This document shows, piece after piece, positions 61,463 through 64,000 of a DNA stretch of 64,000 bases (position 1 is the stretch's first letter; each line of letters starts with the position of its first letter). A program made the translations under genes and the position numbers. The stretch comes from Eledone cirrhosa. Taxonomy: Eukaryota. The notes beneath the pieces were generated by a model. The model did not search any database, was not told where the DNA came from, and saw only the letters and a program-made list of their open reading frames with translations. Location of the stretch: positions 15,686,001 through 15,750,000 of the forward strand of contig OZ024764.1 of NCBI GenBank assembly GCA_964016885.1, read 5' to 3'.

Positions 61463-61699
61463 TCTATTTTTTAAATCACGTCACTCTATTTTTTTAAATC
61501 ACGTCACTCTATTTTTTTAAATCACGTCACTCTATTTTTTTAAATCACGTCACTCTATTTTTTTAAATCACGTCACTCTATTTTTTTAAATCACGTCACT
61601 CTATTTTTTTAAATCACGTCACTCTATTTTTTTAAATCACGTCACTCTATTTTTTTAAATCACGTCACTCTATTTTTTTAAATCACGTCACTCTATTTA
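61463..61699. repeat. ~24-bp tandem repeat (aaatcacgtcactctatttttttt), ~10 copies
   Basis: Seen directly. It ends ~70 nt before the exon 2 acceptor. Confidence 0.93.
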
Positions 61700-61767
61700 C
61701 AAAGGAACATTATATATAACACTATGTCTGGTATTTATATAATATTTTTGTTCCCCTTCCATTACAG

Positions 61768-61963
61768 GTGTGCCGTATCATTTCTGTTATTCCTCGCAAT
61801 GGTAGGGATGCCACTAACAATGTTTATAATCCCATCATGCACCGGTCTGGCCAGTCTGGTGCTTGTTGTCATGGTGATGGGTTTATGTATGGGATGCATA
61901 GATTGTATCTCCAACCTTGGTATGATCAACCTTTTCAAGAAGAACGTCTCACCTTTCCTGCAG
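61768..61963 (+). CDS. MFSD4A: MFSD4A-like transporter, coding exon 2
   Basis: Acceptor ttccccttccattacag|G completes the phase-2 Arg codon from exon 1. Translation CAVSFLLFLAMVGMPLTMFIIPSC...GLCMGCIDCISNLGMINLFKKNVSPFLQ carries the MFSD4 'MGCID' motif. Donor CAG|GTAAAT, phase 0. Confidence 0.92.
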
Positions 61964-61982
61964 GTAAATTATATTGCTATGT

Positions 61983-62017
<35 letters not shown>

Positions 62018-63086
62018 TTTACGTCCGCTTTTCGCTGCTTTGCAAGGGTGGGACGGGTCCTATTCAGCACAGCATCTCTCCACTCGTCACGGTCCCTCGT
62101 CATCTCCACCGTGAGCTTCAATGATCTGAGGTCTGTTCTCAACCACCTCCGCCCATGTTTTTCGTGGTCTACCTCTACCACGTCTTCCTTCAACTGGCAT
62201 TTCCTGGCACTTCTTTATTAATATATATATGTATATATATTATGTATATATATATATATATATTACTATCTCTCTCTCACTCTCTCTCTCTCTTGATATA
62301 TATATATATATATAAATTCCGACCTCACACGCTTACACCTCTCCAAGACAATGTCACTGGACCGAGACCTTTGGCGGTACTCAGTAATAGAGAAGACCCG
62401 CCTTACCTAAATACAAAGTAAAAACCTACTACAGTCAGTAGGCATCTCTATCAAAACACACCCCCGTCCCACCACCTCCACCCCACCCACACCGCCCCTT
62501 TCAATGTAAAGTTATGTTGGTCCCACAACATCCAGGCCGAAACAAATGAGATCGTGTAGGTGTCACGACAAAAAACACACAGTCCACGCTGTAAATGTGG
62601 CCGTGTAGGCAACACGGTAAAAACCTCCCAGCCCCACACTGTAAATGTGGTTGGTGTTAGGAAGGGCATCCAACTGTAGAAAACCCGCCAGACAGTCCAC
62701 GCTGTAATGTGGCCGTGTAGGCAAGACGGTAAAAACCTCCCAGCCCCACACTGTAAATGTGGTTGGTGTTAGGAAGGGCATCCAACTGTAGAAAACCCGC
62801 CAGACAGTCCACGCTGTAATGTGGCCGTGTAGGCAACACGGTAAAAACCTCCCAGCCCCACACTGTAAATGTGGTTGGTGTTAGGAAGGGCATCCAACTG
62901 TAGAAAACCCGCCAGACAGTCCTATGCGAGCAAGACAACCACTCTTGCCTCAAGTGGGAAAACCCCCCGTCCAAACCCATGCAAGCGTGGAACACGGACG
63001 CTAAACCTGATGATGATGATGATGATATCACATAAGAAACGCCTGTATAACCATACAATCTCTCTCTCCCTTTCTCTGTCCTACAG

Positions 63087-63317
63087 GCCATGCACTTCTC
63101 ATATGGAATGGGAGCCTTCCTCAGCCCGATGGTAGCAGAACCGTTCCTGCTCAACGTTGATTGTTCCCCTTTAATAGACGGCTACATGGTACAACCATTA
63201 AACAACAGCAATTCCAACATGTCCGTCGTCACCGTTCCACCTTCACCACACCAATTACTTGTTTTACAGAGAGAAAGTAGATTAAAGAATGCTTTCTATA
63301 TAATTGGGACTATACAG
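63087..63317 (+). CDS. MFSD4A: MFSD4A-like transporter, coding exon 3 (gene continues beyond the window)
   Basis: Acceptor tttctctgtcctacag|GCC. 77 open codons AMHFSYGMGAFLSPMVAEPFLLNVDC...AFYIIGTIQ, matching the MFSD4 'LHF..G.GA.LSP.IA.PFL' motif. Donor CAG|GTAAAT. Missing from the ORF track. Confidence 0.92.
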
Positions 63318-63324
63318 GTAAATA

Positions 63325-63394
63325 TTGCTGTTGCTGTTGTTGCTGTTGTTGTTGTTGTTGTTGTTGTTACTGTTGTTGTTGTTGTTGTTGTTAC

Positions 63395-63437
<43 letters not shown>

Positions 63438-64000
63438 ACTGTTGTTGTTGTTACTGTTGTTGTTGTTGTTGTTGTTACTGTTGTTGTTGTTGTTGTTACT
63501 GTTGTTGTTGTTGTTACTGTTGTTGTTGTTGTTACTGTTGTTGTTGTTGTTGTTACTGTTGTTGTTGTTGTTACTGTTGTTGTTGTTGTTACTGTTGTTG
63601 TTGTTGTTGTTGTTACTGTTGTTGTTGTTGTTGTTACTGTTGTTGTTACTGTTGTTGTTACTGTTGTTATATATATATGTTATATATATGTTATATATAT
63701 ATGTTATATATATGTGTTATATATATATATGTTATATATATGTGTTATATATATATGTTATATATATATATGTTATATATATATATATATGTTATATATA
63801 TATGTTATATATATATGTTATATATATATATGTTATATATATGTGTTATATATATATATGTTATATATATGTGTTATATATATATGTTATATATATATAT
63901 GTTATATATATATATATATGTTATATATATATGTTATATATATATGTTTTATATATATGTTTTATATATATGTTATATATATATGTTATATATATATGTT
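63325..64000. repeat. (GTT)n followed by (TA)n/TGTTA repeats in intron 3
   Basis: Seen directly. Confidence 0.95.

Noticed and set aside
61724-62221. 165-aa ORF with poly-His treated as a single-exon gene
   Set aside because: Only 61768-61963 is exon. The rest is intron, a (CAT)n tail and antisense RTE.

Overview
AT-rich, microsatellite-saturated animal genomic DNA. The repeat repertoire suggests an octopod cephalopod, which is my inference. There is one protein-coding gene on +, an MFSD4A-like MFS transporter, with three phase-compatible exons (14392-14888, 61768-61963, 63087-63317) and a 46.9-kb first intron. The rest is (TA)n/(CA)n/(CAC)n/(GTT)n tracts, tRNA-derived SINEs, RTE/CR1/Tx1 LINE fragments, a decayed DD37D Tc1/mariner, a mariner MITE and TE-derived minisatellites. 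The most notable signal is about 21 minimal type-I hammerhead ribozyme (HHR) motifs (CUGAYGA...GAAA...NUH, counted by eye) plus several 3' halves. They belong to at least six unrelated short-element families. Most sit between (TA)n tracts, usually as fold-back palindromes. A 5'-truncated Penelope-like retroelement (RT thumb + GIY-YIG) shows the same architecture, with its own HHR and an inverted pLTR fragment. Several families also share a downstream YACTC-loop-GAGTRCYT hairpin. Nearly all ORFs in the supplied track are microsatellite artefacts.
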